DNA from: Macrostomum lignano | Taxonomy: Eukaryota | Assembly (NCBI GenBank): GCA_002269645.1 | Contig: NIVC01000083.1 | Coordinates: 124,001 to 188,000, forward strand | Direction of reading: 5' to 3' | DNA: 64,000 bases | Shown: piece by piece, positions 62,641-64,000 of the stretch | How the letters are laid out: the number at the start of each line of letters is the position of its first letter | Numbering within the stretch: the stretch's first letter is position 1 | Notes under the pieces: generated by a model | Database searches by the model: none | Seen by the model: the letters and a program-made list of their open reading frames with translations, nothing else | What the model was told of the DNA's origin: nothing | Translations under genes and position numbers: made by a program

Positions 62641-63064
62641 CTGTGAGAAAATAAAAATTGCACAAATTTATATAAAGTTATTTTTCCAGGAAACAAACGA
62701 AATAGAATTTAATTAGCGAGCTCGAAAAGGGCACAAAATTTGGACAAACAGACACACATAGATGCGGGATGGCCATACAATATTGATGGGCATGTAAGCA
62801 TATGGCGGCATGTCATTAGTTCTAAACATAATAAAACTGCATCACAGATTTAATTAATCTGGCTCCGCCAGTGGCGGGGCCACAAGCCCCGATTCTGAGT
62901 CTCGGGGTTTAAAAAACTGATGAAATTAATTTGGACACACGTGGCTTTGTCCTTCTGCTTGCCATTCTGCTTCTACTTGATGCTTTGCTTTTGCAGACTT
63001 TTTTGGTCAAGCAGTTTTTTGTATCGGCTGCTCTGGATTTGGTGAGGAGTTGAAAAAAGTTAGA

Positions 63065-63680
63065 AATGGAGAATGTGAGGAGAGGGAGGGACAAAGAGAG
63101 AAACAGAAAGAAAGGGGAGAAGGAGAGGGGAGAAGGAGAGGGGAGAAGAAGAGGAGAGAAGGAGAGGGGAGAAGGAGAGGGGAGAAGAAGAGGAGAGAAG
63201 GAGAGGGGAGAAGGAGAGGGGAGAAGAAGAGGAGAGAAGGAGAGGGGAGAAGGAGAGGGGAGAAGAAGAGGAGAGAAGGAGAGGGGAGAAGGAGAGGGGA
63301 GAAGAAGAGGAGAGAAGGAGAGGGGAGAAGGAGAGGGGAGAAGAAGAGGAGAGAAGGAGAGGGAGAAGGAGAGGGGAGAAGAAGAGGAGAGAAGGAGAGG
63401 GGAGAAGGAGAGGGGAGAAGAAGAGGAGAGAAGGAGAGGGGAGAAGTAGAGGGGAGAAGAAGAGGGGAGAAGGAGAGGGGAGAAGGAGAGGAGAGAAGGA
63501 GAGGGGAGAAGGAGAGGGGAGAAGGAGAGGGGAGAAGGAGGGTATGGAAGGAGAGGGGAGAAGGAGGGTATGGAAGTAGAGGAGAGAAGAAGGGTATGGA
63601 AGGAGAGGGGAGAAGGAGGGTATGGAAGGAGAGGGGAGAAGGAGGGTATGGAAGTAGAGGAGAGAAGGAGGGTATGGAAC
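63065..63680. repeat. GA-rich repeat (GAGAAGGAGAGGG units)
   Basis: Visible. Confidence 0.93.
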
Positions 63681-64000
63681 GAGAGAAGCAAAATTCCACA
63701 ATCCAGTTACACAAGCCGCTAATTTCGCATATCTAAAAAACCCACAAGTTACGCTAACCCAGTTATACTCGTAAACCAATCTGCAAGCTTTGAAAGCATT
63801 TCATCAATCGGCAATTCGCTAAACCTCACACACTGGACCAAACCTTGTCTGTCTGCCTGCCGCGTTCTGTCGTTACTTTTTAATTATTTCTTATAAAAAA
63901 CACTGAAAACGTAAAATTCTATAGCAATAATCCAAAGGATTATAATCGCAATGTTCAACGGCCTCGGCTTTCAGTGATGACGAATTTATGACTTACGCTC

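Noticed and set aside
62858-62882. Hairpin GGCTCCGCCA-G-TGGCGGGGCC as a Helitron end or abutting MITE ends
   Set aside because: No CTAG terminus, TSD or partner end.
63714-63790. Possible upstream Eph ectodomain exon after an acceptor-like TTGCAG
   Set aside because: No frame resembles fibronectin-III or ligand-binding sequence, and no good donor was found.

Overview
Eukaryotic (invertebrate-type) genomic DNA: GC-rich exons with poly-Ala/Gln/Gly insertions, and AT-rich or tandem-repeat-filled introns. The style resembles macrostomid flatworms, but that assignment is only a guess. Eight spliced or intronless genes were reconstructed by hand from GT-AG boundaries and frame continuity: symplekin (-, 3' part outside the window), COG6 (+, 9 exons), MOB4/phocein (+, intronless CDS), a BTB-BACK-Kelch gene (+, 6 exons), two tail-to-tail TNF-superfamily ligand paralogues, a PTC7-type PP2C phosphatase (-, ends in the PTS1-like tripeptide AKL) and an Eph receptor kinase (-, 5' part not found in the window). 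By rough summation about 40% of the window is tandem repeat, and almost every long intron carries its own 14-79 bp minisatellite. DNA-transposon structures with exact target-site duplications: two copies of a 698-bp foldback element (8-bp TSDs), a 2.76-kb TIR element inserted at the edge of one copy, and a 36-bp TIR-only hAT-like element with an 8-bp TSD. There is also a CORE-type SINE. Most interesting observations: a CCAAT-N9-ACACGTCA (ERSE/UPRE-like) motif amplified in the equivalent intron of both TNF paralogues, the 36-bp minimal transposon, a compensated arm change in the foldback element, one repeat family lying sense-oriented near the 5' ends of three genes, and an intronic array of about 21 U1-like UACUUACCUG motifs. 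No prokaryotic-type system (CRISPR etc.) is present. All identifications are by eye; no searches were run.
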